A stretch of DNA of 64,000 bases from the NCBI RefSeq assembly GCF_006345805.1, contig NC_043015.1:16120001-16184000 (forward strand), given 5' to 3'. Of this stretch, positions 40,473 to 51,500 are shown one piece after another. This DNA comes from Octopus sinensis (lineage: Eukaryota). Within the stretch, counting starts at the first letter, position 1. Every line of letters starts with the position of its first letter. A program made the translations under genes and the position numbers. Below the pieces are notes generated by a model, which was not told the DNA's origin, made no database searches, and saw only the letters and a program-made list of their open reading frames with translations.

Positions 40473-41032
40473 CTAAAACTCCTGTTGAGTTAAAAGTGTA
40501 ATAATTGAAGACTAACGCTGAGCAGAACATCAAGCAAAATGAACGTTTTTGTTTCGTTTTTTTTTTTATTCTTTTATCAGAAGCAAAACTCTTTATCACC
40601 CTTTTGAGTGATAATATAAATGGCTTGCTGGACTTCCCAAGAGGTGCATTTTTTAAAATTCAAATGTCCTTATATTATTGGTGCTATGTACTTAGCTGTA
40701 GTATTTACCATACAGATCTTATTACCTTCATCAGTTACTGTAACAAAAAAAAAATAGAAAAATATTTGTAAATTAAATTAATACAAAATTAGAAAGAACT
40801 AATGTATTAACACAGACACATACTTGAGTGCTCAAACACACACAAAAGGTTAGAGTATTTTGTTATTGATAGCTGATAGTTAAACTATCTTAGTTTCTGC
40901 TCTTCAATTTATTTTTACCTATAGATTCCATCTCTTCTGAACTCACAAACCCCAAATGCTATGTAATATTGTTGGTGTGGAATTTCTTACAAAACTGTAA
41001 TAAGAATTTTGTTCTTGTTTGATTATTATTTT

Positions 41033-41038
41033 AATAAA
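41033..41038 (+). promoter_or_regulatory. Candidate polyadenylation signal of the collagen gene
   Basis: AATAAA about 560 nt after the stop codon. Other AATAAA hexamers occur further on in this AT-rich DNA, so the site is not unique. Confidence 0.3.
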
Positions 41039-41058
41039 TAATATTATTGTTGCAATTC

Positions 41059-41079
41059 ATATATATATATATATATTTG

Positions 41080-41111
<32 letters not shown>

Positions 41112-41167
41112 ATATTATATATATATATATATATGTATATACACATACATACAAGTATATGTATGCA

Positions 41168-41209
<42 letters not shown>

Positions 41210-41285
41210 TATATACATACAAGTATATGCATGCATATATATATATATATATATGTGTGTGTGTTGTGTGTATATATATATATAT
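41059..41285. repeat. Compound (TA)n/(CA)n/(TG)n microsatellite downstream of the collagen stop
   Basis: Directly visible; includes a duplicated acatatacaagtatatg unit. Confidence 0.9.
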
Positions 41286-43790
41286 AGGGTTTTTTTTTAC
41301 CTTTTGTTCTATCATCATCACCCTCAAACTATTTCTAATCATACTGTGATGTTTAAAATAAAACACTGCCAGGGGTTTTTTGTAAAGGACTTATGGAAAA
41401 ACTTGTACTTTTTTAAAAGAGAACTTAACATCTTAATGAATTGCTGAAATGAGAGAAAATTAAAAAGGAAAATAGCCATCTTCTCTACCACAAACAGATT
41501 GAGCTGGATTTTAACTATGCATCTATCAATCTATATTTCTTTTGATCTATCTAGCTATCAGTTTGTCTATTGGCTTACAGACAGTTAGTTAGATAAATAG
41601 ATTGATAGAATGATACACATTCATTGACAATATATATTTAAAAATACATTTTTTATACATAGTAGAAACCTTAATTTTTAATGACTTTGTTGGCACAATT
41701 CAGTTATATGGTGATTAAAAATGCATTTCTGAGAAAAGAATAAAAAGATATGTATTTCTTTTTATATGCAAATAGTTTACTACAAATATTTTTCGATTTA
41801 TTTTTTTTTTAATTATTGATAAATATATTTTTTTCAAAAGAAAATTTGAAATGATGCTGAACATTACATTCTTCTTTGCACATCAAAAAAGATGACAGTA
41901 TGGTTAAGTTACTGGCTAGTATATATGTATGTCTACAGTTAAATCTAATTCACTATTAATTACAAAACCGTATCTAATTTATAAATTTGTATATTGAAAG
42001 AAAGAAGGAAAAATAAAAGCAAGTGGTGAAAAGATTTTTTTTTACTTATCTATTCTCTATATTACCAGAACAGACAAATAATTTAAAAGAAAAGCTTTTA
42101 AAACATTCTATGTGCATGTAATACAATCTGGCTTGTTGAATGACAAGCAATTTCACTCATTTCAGGGCTCTCCTTCTCTCGCATAGCCTACAATGTGCAA
42201 TGTTCATTTTTTTACCAAATAATTTTTTTTATATTACTTGTAAATAAATGGAATGTATTCCATTACTTCTTCAGTACTGACTCAAATTATTATTATTATT
42301 ACTATTATCATTGTTGCTGCTGCTGCTTTATACAGTGATCAATTCTCATTTAATGCAACCTTTTGGCAAATTTCCATTCCTAGTTTGAATGGTTCTATTT
42401 ACTATATTATTTCAAATTTTCAACACATAGCTATATATAAATATATATTTTAATAACAAAAATAAAAACAATAATTTCCCTCTAAATTATCATACACCTT
42501 TAGAGACTAAATATTTAGAAATAGTCAGATTCTGCCTCTCACAGAACCAACAATAAAAGCACAATAGTTGATTAGTTTCCCTCAACTTGATTATGTCAAT
42601 CACAATTTTTCTTAACGATCTAATGTTCTTTTTAGTAGTTGTTACACTATTTCATATTTTGGTCTCTTCTTAATTTCACCCTTATTCTTTGTTTGTCACT
42701 GTTCAAAGCTTTTATAAAATCTTTCATCACATATTTAACAGTTTTGATAGTTCTGATATAGATATCCTTTCAAGAGTTAATATGGATATTCAGATGCTTA
42801 ATGGGATATTTATTAATAAAAGAAAGCATCTCTTGTTTCAATAACTTTGGGTTTATTTTCATCATAAATGGTAAAGTATAAATTAAATAAATTATGCTTT
42901 TTTATTGTTCCACATTTTATTTTTTTTAAATAAGTGTTCCTATGAATATTATCATTATCTATTGACAAGGACATAATCAATAACAGTAAGTACATTTAGT
43001 AGATGTCTAAACAATTTTACCAGGGGCTTTTGTTTTCATATTTATACAGATACAATGATTGTAAATATAAATATATCTTATAATACTCTTCCTCTCAACT
43101 TTAAAATGATACATAGCAACAATGGTTGGGGGTTAAATTATCAGACATTTAGCTTTGATTATGAGCCGGTGATCTGCTATGTTCAAAAGTAAGTTGACCA
43201 ACTAGATCATGGATGTATTGTTGTTGTTGTTGTTTTTGTTTTTTTTTGTTTTTGTTTTGTTTTGTTTTTTTTTTGTTATTATACTACAAACTCTCTCCTC
43301 TGGTATCTGAAGCTGCATATCACTTTCATCCAATATCCATCTCGTCTCTTACTAGCCCTACTACACCTCATCCCTGCCACTGATCTTACTGTAAATATAT
43401 TATTTAATCATTCCTTCACAGAGTTTCTACAACTTGTAATTCCCTTCATGCCCTTATTTTTCCTGTACATATTGGCTTACAGATGTTCAACTTGACCATC
43501 AACTATATCAGTACCACCAGTCTATGATGGCCTGCAAAGCAAAGACACTTGTCTTTCATCTCCAACTAATTAATGATTTCTGACATTATCACAAGGTCAT
43601 GTTTTCTGGTGAGCGGGAACAGTCAATTAATCAGATTTCAGAACTTAATTAGTCCTTATTTTATCAACTCCACAAAGGTAAAAAATAAAATTAATCACTA
43701 ATGATCTTAAAAAGTGCACAAATATCAATACCTTGTTTCTTCTTTAGTATACAGTGATATATTTGAACTAAGATCCAAATCTTGGTTGTT

Positions 43791-44060
43791 ATAGTCACAA
43801 TGTTTCGGTCACTGAACATTCTGGCCTTCTTCAGGTGGCTGTTGTATTCTCTGGAGATTCACTAAGGTTCTCTCATTTTCTAACTGAATTCATTATTTCA
43901 GTCCAAGAGATGGGAAGAGTAGATGATGTTCATTCTGTTGCCCATATATGAGAAGATATTATATTGACTATTCTTGTGATGCCATTTAACTATTCCACTT
44001 AAACCAGAGCTTATAGAGATTCACTTATCTGGCGATCGAACTGATGTTCATCAAATAAAC
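43791..44060 (-). mobile_element. Decayed Penelope-like 3' end with eroded hammerhead (43791-43842)
   Basis: The - strand reads ACAGCCAC-CUGAAGA-AGGCCA...UGACC-GAAA-CAUU-GUGACUAU. Upstream lies a stop-ridden DRQISESL...LNG...ISSHIW peptide that resembles the C-terminus of Penelope GIY-YIG ORFs (judged by eye). Confidence 0.45.
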
Positions 44061-44078
44061 TGAGGCATCAGTACTTAA

Positions 44079-44281
44079 CCCTTTAACATTCAGATTACTC
44101 TGTCAAATATAATGTTTATTTATTCACATTGTTATGCATTATCTTGTAGCTTTGAGATTTTAATGATGTGCGTGTTAATTTTTAAAATGACATTATATGA
44201 GAGGTGTGAGAGGCTGGCTAATTTGTAAAGAAAACAAGTAAAATATTTGAGCCTGATATGGCTCATTTAAATGCTAAATGG
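44079..44281. mobile_element. piggyBac-like MITE, inverted copy of 7508-7724
   Basis: TTAA|CCCTTTAACATTC ... AAATGCTAAATGG|TTAA; the interior is the reverse complement of the 7.5-kb copy. Confidence 0.7.
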
Positions 44282-44780
44282 TTAATTCATATACTCATCA
44301 TATTTAATTATGAGCTGCACTCAGCTAGAGCCCTCACAATCATTCTATCAGACATCATTATCCCTGAGGATCTCTTCTAGTAAAAGCAAAAGCACATCGA
44401 GGACCACATCTGAGAAACTAGCCTCTCTCTATGGCTATAATAATAGCCTCTGTTCCTTGGAGTTGGCTGATTGCATACCATAATGACTAAATCTAGTCCT
44501 TCCTTCCCAAAACATTTTCCGCATGGAACACCTTCTCAGAACATATCTTTCATACAGGTATTGACTTATAAAGATTCAAGGAAAACATTGCATCTGTATC
44601 ACAGGTCTGTAAATTTTAGCTTCAGCCCTGCTACTTCCTGTGTGTTCTTGGAAAATGCCAATATCTAGCAATTTTAGTGGTTTAGTGAGGCTGTATTTGC
44701 ACTTCTTTAACAGTATACCTGGGAGACCATCTAATCTAGATATGAGTTTAATAGCTGTAAATATATATATATATACTAAT

Positions 44781-45120
44781 GTGAAGGTGCATGGCTCAGT
44801 GGTTAGAGCGTCGAGCTTACGATCGTGAGGTTGTGAGCTCGAATCCTGGACCAGGCTGCGTGTTGTGTTCTTGAGCAAGGCACTTTATTTCACGTTGCTC
44901 CAGTTCACTCAGCTGTAGAAACGAGTTGCGACGTCACTGGTGCCAAGCTGTATCGACCTTTGTCTTTCCCTTGAATAACACTGGTGGCGTGGAGAGGGGA
45001 GGCTGATATGCATGGGCGACTGCTGGTCTTCCATAAACAACCTTGCCCGGACTTGTACCTCGGAGGGTAACTTTCTAGGTGCAATCCCATGGTCATTCAT
45101 GACCGAAGGGGGTCTTTACC

Positions 45121-45123
<3 letters not shown>
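44781..45123 (+). mobile_element. tRNA-derived SINE, full-length and young-looking
   Basis: A box TGGCTCAGTGG, B-box-like GAGCTCGAATCC, and a central tgtgttcttgagcaaggcact domain. A decayed inverted copy lies at 62172-62498. Confidence 0.85.
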
Positions 45124-45150
<27 letters not shown>

Positions 45151-45162
<12 letters not shown>

Positions 45163-45783
45163 GGGCAGGCAACAGGTTGCTTCGCCACATACCAAAGGAA
45201 TTAGAAATGGCAGTCAAAGACTGTTTATTTCCATTTTCTACAAGTGGAGGTTCCATATACGACAAACCCTGCAATTCACATACGCAAAATCGGAGTAGTA
45301 AATAAACGAAAACAATCTCTTACCGTTAATGATGAACATGTTTCTAGATCGTAGGCTAGAAATTGCCTAATTTCTTTCGTCAGCACCATATTCAATAGAT
45401 TTATCAAATGCCACCAGCCTCCACCTCTGACCAGGCGACATCAGATAGTGGGGGGAAGTGTGCAGATGTTAAAACTAAGTAAACGACTGGGGCCGTAAAT
45501 TTTCCCTCCAAAATTCTGCTATGTGCGCCACCTGGGTGATCGCAATGGAGTAAGAAATCCACATGGTAATACAATAAAAAGGGTAAATAATTTTTCCGTG
45601 GTTTTTCGTACAACCAACAATTATTTACCGGTAAATTTCGGTATGTAAATATGACTTTTAGCGTCAGGAACTTCTGTAGAGTTCAGTATATATAGTAAAT
45701 ATAATTAAAAGGGCAGGCAACAGGTTGCTTCACCACATACCGAAGGAATTAGAAATGGCAGTCAAAGACTGTTTATTTCCATT

Positions 45784-45788
<5 letters not shown>
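45151..45788 (-). mobile_element. 638-bp non-coding element with 90-bp terminal direct repeats, inserted in (TA)n; carries a hammerhead motif (retrozyme/Penelope-like)
   Basis: 45151-45240 equals 45699-45788 (2 mismatches in 90, period 548 bp), with (TA)n on both sides. The hammerhead core is at 45329-45389. Confidence 0.7.
45329..45389 (-). ncRNA. Candidate minimal type I hammerhead ribozyme
   Basis: The - strand reads AUGGUG-CUGACGA-[A AGA AAU UAGGC AAUUUCUA GCCUA CGA UCU A]-GAAA-C-AU-G-U-U-CAUCAU. It has a 6-bp stem I, an intact core, a palindromic ACAUGU stem III and a GUU triplet. Stem II has an A.A mismatch at its base. Confidence 0.6.
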
Positions 45789-45824
<36 letters not shown>

Positions 45825-46519
45825 TTTTTTTTGTTCTTTAACACTGTCATTGACAGTGACTTTGAATTTTTAAGCTAAGCCTTCATCAGATTGATGTACA
45901 TTTTGTGTGTACAGTTAGATGAATGTCTACTACTGTAAGAGTTAGAGCTCCACATAGCTTATCATTATCCAGTCAGCTTCCATTGTAGTGGTTAAACAAC
46001 CTCTACACTTAGTAGTGTTACTAGTTATAATGTAAGAGTATTCGTAGTGGAAATTAAGATGACCATCAGTATAAATATTTAGTTCCTACATATGTTTTAA
46101 CCATTGAAGTTATTTGGAACTCAGCATTGGGTGTTTCAAGTTCATTCGGATACCTAACTGGAATGGATCATCAATTAAACATTCTACAGCACTGATCTCC
46201 ATAACAGAATGCAATAAAGTGTTCCCTGATGATCCAAGCACACTTGAAGAATAGTGTCTGCACCTTGTACTATATAATTTAAGAAGAAAGTGGGAGTGTC
46301 ATGTGATTAAAAAAAGGAAAGGTCTGGTGAACCTTGACTCAAGGAAATACTAATTCCCATGGCATACAAGGTGGTATCAAAAAGTTCTCAGACTATTTAT
46401 GCTTAATATAAAATAACTTATTTCCCTAAGTCTTAACATCATCTCCTTCAAAACCTTGTGCAACAATACGCTGGTCCCAGCATACCTGCCGCTTTCAGAA
46501 TCTGGCCTGGAATTCATTT

Positions 46520-46810
46520 TCCATAAGTGAGTCAAAGACCTTCTATGATTTGCTCTGGATCTTGACAACAGTGTTAAAATAGCAACCTTTACGCAGCATT
46601 TTCATCTTGGGCATGAGATGGAAGTCTATAGGTGCTAAATTTGGCAAATAGGGCTGGTGTGGAAGTGATAACATATTGTTTTTGGCATGAAACTCATGAG
46701 TGAATAGAGCTCAGTGACAGGGTGCATTGTCATGGAGAAGAATCCAATTCTTCACACTCCACAGATCCAGTCGCTTTCACTGAATGTCCTCCTTCAAACT
46801 ATTCCAGGAA
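46520..46810 (-). mobile_element. Mariner transposase fragment
   Basis: The - strand reads ILLHDNAPCH...HQPYLPNLAPIDFHLMPKMK, i.e. the HDNA and YSPDLAP-like motifs. Confidence 0.7.
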
Positions 46811-48501
46811 CATTTTGATAAGTTTACAATATGCATGCCTACTTAGACAAGTGAGATCTATGTGTTTGAATTTAATTTGGACCTCTGTAAGTTAATATCT
46901 GTAAGAAAAACATGGTGGAGGAAGAATTCCAGAAAAGTCTATTCTAGCAAGGAATGATTAGACAAAGTCTGAATCTAGGGAGATGACACACAGTAAAGAG
47001 AGATATTTGTTGGAATACTTGGATAGAAAGGATATTCAACTTGATTAGAAGTCCTCATAGTAGAGGTAGAAGAGGCAGAGAGAAGAATCGGCATATCTGT
47101 GGGCTGATGGTTGTAATATGTTGGTGAGAGGCTCTGACAGTTTGTTGAATTTATTAATTAGGCATTTGCTATCACTTCCACACCGGCCCTATTAATTAGC
47201 CATTTGAATTTATTAATTAGCAATGATTGGGTATAGGATGAAAGGATAGATTACAAAAATTGAACATAGAGATTGTTAAGCCAATCAAAAGTTATTAATG
47301 GTACAGAAAAGAAGTGGTGAATAAAAGGATCAAATAGATAATGAAAAAAAGTGTGTTAAAATGTACTATGTAAATGAATTGCTACTTAAACAATTATTAG
47401 TTTTAATAAGCTACACAACAGTGATCTTCAACCATTCTAAGAAGCCTTAAGAAAATTAGCAAGTATAATGAAGATCCTAAAGAGGATCACAATTCAATCC
47501 ATTCTAAGATATGTATTTAACAAGATATTGCCGAATAGAATAAAATATCAAGGAGACTTTTTGAGAATATCTCCAACATCACATCTGCCAAGTTTAACTG
47601 ATACTATTAAAAATCTATACAAAGAAAAGAAACAGGATCAACTGAGCAACCAGAAAACAAGTTAATGGGACTTACAAATAATCTGGTGCTACAGCTCATA
47701 ACCAGCAATCAAAACAAATGTGACAGTTGCTTATGCACGAGTTGGTTTCAATATCTAGAGATGAAAGACTAAAATCCTCAAATCTATGCGACTGACCAAA
47801 TCATGCTACAAGAGGAAACACTAAAAATATTAATACTTTCACCCACTTAGTATCATTAGTAACCAGGGAAGCAGAGACACCAATGTATGCAACGTGACAG
47901 TAGCACTCTAGCTACTAAACATGTGAGACTCTAAGGGACTGTCAACAAAAACTTAAGTCAAGATTTTCCAGACAAGTGCCAAGTCAATTTGAGTACATGA
48001 AACTGAAACATACACCAAACAAACATGACCTTGTGTCAAGAATACCAGAGAACTGTAGCAGAGGAAACTATATAGCAAGGTTTAAAATGGGTGAAGTAAA
48101 ATAAGGTACATGTCAGAGTACATATAATACTTTCTTATCAGTCACAATAGTAAATGAACTGAAAACAAGAGAGGAAAAAGAATACAAGTAATATTAGTAT
48201 ATTTCAAGTTTTAATTTTAAGTTACCATGTTGAAATGAATGAGATAGATCTGTAAGAATTCAAATAACCAGTCCAGTTTCTTGAAAAAATTTTATATACA
48301 ATTTTTTTAAAATAACAATAACATATATGAAAGACATGAAGCAATGTGTTTTTATCAAAGCATTTATATTTTATGTTCACTGCAACATTAATACTCTTTT
48401 AGTAAAAAGATACATAAATATCTATTTAACTCTTTGATTATATCACAAGTTTTGTACATATTTGTTTACAAATTAATATGGTTGTTATAGACGAATTTTT
48501 G

Positions 48502-51500
48502 CTACCTAATGCTTGACTTACATTCACAAAACTGATGACCTTTGTGTTCCTTATCATAAGGATGACACAGTAATGCACAAGTGTGTCCACAATCTAGACG
48601 TGCTTCACATGGTTTTAAACATCCACCTTCTGGTGCCTTACAAAAGTCTTCAAAAGATGTTACTTGAGCACATGTTTCAGGATGATTCTGACATTTCAAT
48701 ATCATTGCATCAACAAGTATTTTCTTCTCCTCTAACGACAACAAAATTTCTGCCCAAAGTGGACTGTTTGTAGCAAGAAGCTTAAAATTTCCAATGACAT
48801 ATAAGCCTTTCTTTGCTCTTGATAATGCAACACATACTCTGTTATCAATTTTTAGATATCCAACTGAATTAAGCTCATTACTTCTGACTAAAGACAATAA
48901 AATTATGTCATTTTCTTCTCCTTGATAATTGTCAATGATGGTTACTCTGACACCATCACATAGTCGCTCAGTTTTAATCAATTTCTTTATAGAAAACAAC
49001 TGTCCTGAATATGTTGTCAGTATAGTGATTTGTGAGCTTTCATAACCTTGTTTTCGTAAATAACAACATAATCCAGTGATAAATGATGCCTCATATGGAT
49101 TGTGTTTACTTGTCCCAAATCTAACTTCATTTTCTGGCTGATTGTGATTAATAAAATATATATTTTTACTAATTCCATGGATATTATCATACAGTTTCAC
49201 TGAATGGTGATTTTTTAACTCTGGATAAATTGGATGAACCAGTTCTGCAATTTCAGGCCGCATGCGATGTTGAAAGTTAAGGCATTTCACTTCGATGTCA
49301 TTATTAAACATGCGTTCAAAGAGAGAAATTTCCAAATTGTAGTGTTTTGCAAGTTTATAGACATTTGTAGATGGTTGCAGTTGTTTGTGATCACCAATAA
49401 GAATAAGTTGTTCACACTTGCAATTTAAGCTTGTTATAATATGAGCCTCAAGAATTTCTGCTGCTTCCTCTACAATTATAATTCGTGGCTGGATTTCTTG
49501 AAGAATTGCTCGATATCTAGCAGCACCTGTAGTCGTCATTCCAATGATTAAAGAATTCTGAAAGATGATTTTGTCTTCTTCATATCTCAGCTCTTCCAAT
49601 CTCTTTGCAGCCATGTTGTACTCTGTTGTTAATTCAAAAATGTCTTCTAATAATTTTGAAGAATAGAGAGATACCCAATAACGATAAAGGCACCAACGTT
49701 TGGAAACAGGCATTATCCACAAATCAATATAACTGAGTGAATCAATTTCTTCAACAGACATTATCTCTGTAGATTTTAATTCCACTTTGAGTCTCTTTTG
49801 CAATTTTTCTTTTTCTTTTGCTGTTCTTTCAAATCCATCTGTATTGTTTAAATTATCACTTTCTTTTGTTTCATCAGAGACGGGATTTCTTTTACATCTT
49901 GCTTGACTTAAATCTTCAATATCTGTATCAAGCATATGATTATTTTGAAGAAATTCAACATCAGAGTCATCAATAACTTCATCATAATTAGCTACTTTTT
50001 CAAAACTATTTTCTTCATTAACTGTGACATCTCCAAAACCTAACCATTCTTCTATGATAAAATATTTATTTCCATTCAGTTTCCCAAAATTATCTTGAAA
50101 ACCTTCTATTAACAAGTCATAAAGATGACCCATATATTGTCCAAGAATATCAATAGAAACAATTTTATATCTTGTTTCCTGAAACTGGTCAGTTTTTCCA
50201 TCAATATTGCTTTTAAGTTCTTTTATTTCCTTTTCAACATTTTGTTTGTTTATATTCAGAGCAAAATGATTTTGCCATGAAAATTCTAATTTCATTTGGT
50301 GCAGAGAATATTTTTTAAGAATTTCACTAGAGCTTCGTCCTCCAACTCGAACAATACCTCCATCTAAAAACTTATCAATACCTTCAAGAAACTGATCCAA
50401 AGAATGGTTTGTGTAACATACAATCAGCATTGGCTTGCCACACCATTTCTCATAGTTGCTACAGAGAACCTTGACTGTCTGAAGACCAATATAAGTCTTT
50501 CCTGTACCTGGTGGACCTTGTGTAAGAGAGAATTCTTTGGATAAAATATTGGAAAATGCACTTAACTGAGAATCATTGAAATTCAGTGACACTGCTTCTG
50601 GCCAGCTGTTACCTAGAACATCAACCTTAATGGCAGTTGAAGAGGTTCTCTGAACTTTAACAGTTTTGGTGGAATAATCATAAACAAGTTTGGATTTATC
50701 AGTGAGACAAGATAAATCAAAGACAGGGCTACAAGCTGTCAAATATTTTGGAGCCTTCACATTTTTATCAGCATATAAAATATAATCCTTGAAAGGTAAA
50801 TCACAAGAAACAATTTCCTTTAAACCCATCAAAATAGGTCGATATCCTTCATAAAAAGCTTTTGATTCAACCATAACAAATTGCTTATTTATTACCATAT
50901 TCAATTTAACATCAGGAAAGAAGTTCACTGTAACAATTCCTTGCTGCAATTCTTCTGAATTCCTATCAGAAACAGTAGCATAGTAAGTAGTTATGAAATT
51001 GTCTTCAGACAAACAGAGAAGTGACCCAAATATAAATCTTTTATTCTGTTCCCAATTGATATTTGAGAATTTAGAAACATCAAATGATACTTTATATTGA
51101 ATACCATTCTTAGTTGTTACCCAATCTATAACATATACTTTATGATAAATATAAAAGTCATCATTTTTTTTATCATTCAGTATTTTCTTATCACCGATGA
51201 ATAAAGCTAAGCCATTACGTAATGGACCAACAAAATCTTCGCGTAACAAACAGAACTGTACGTCCAGATAATGGTCAAGATTTTCATAAGCACCTTTTTT
51301 TATATTTTTATGGAGGATAGGTTTCTTATTTGAAATAATCTCTCCTACTGTGGGAATCAGTTTTAGATTCCTAAAATCATCCACAATACTATATGAAGAA
51401 TCTGTTCTGCTCTGCCTGGATCTAGGTGCATGTTCAGAACTGATAGATTGTAAAAGATTTTGTAGTTCTTTCATTTTCAAATTAAGTTCTGAATCAGGAT

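Noticed and set aside
41019-41447. YI/IY-, poly-I- and poly-H-rich ORFs here and at 10974, 11211, 15451, 31126 and similar sites
   Set aside because: Translations of (TA)n, (ATT)n and (GAT)n microsatellites.
44781-44860. tRNA-like sequence
   Set aside because: It continues into a SINE body, so it is a SINE head and not a tRNA gene. The same applies to the heads near 10320, 19826 and 62498.
45842-45895. Third hammerhead-like motif (- strand CUGAUGA-AGGC UUA GCUU-AAAAAUUCAAAGUC) beside an 8-bp palindrome CACTGTCA-T-TGACAGTG
   Set aside because: The GAAAC core reads AAAAA (two core changes) and stem I barely pairs. At most a fossil, and not supportable by eye.
41000-48480. Search for downstream ZNFX1 zinc-finger exons on the - strand
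   Set aside because: No CGH/C-x3-C-rich coding segment was seen. The interval is explained by UTR-like DNA and transposons.
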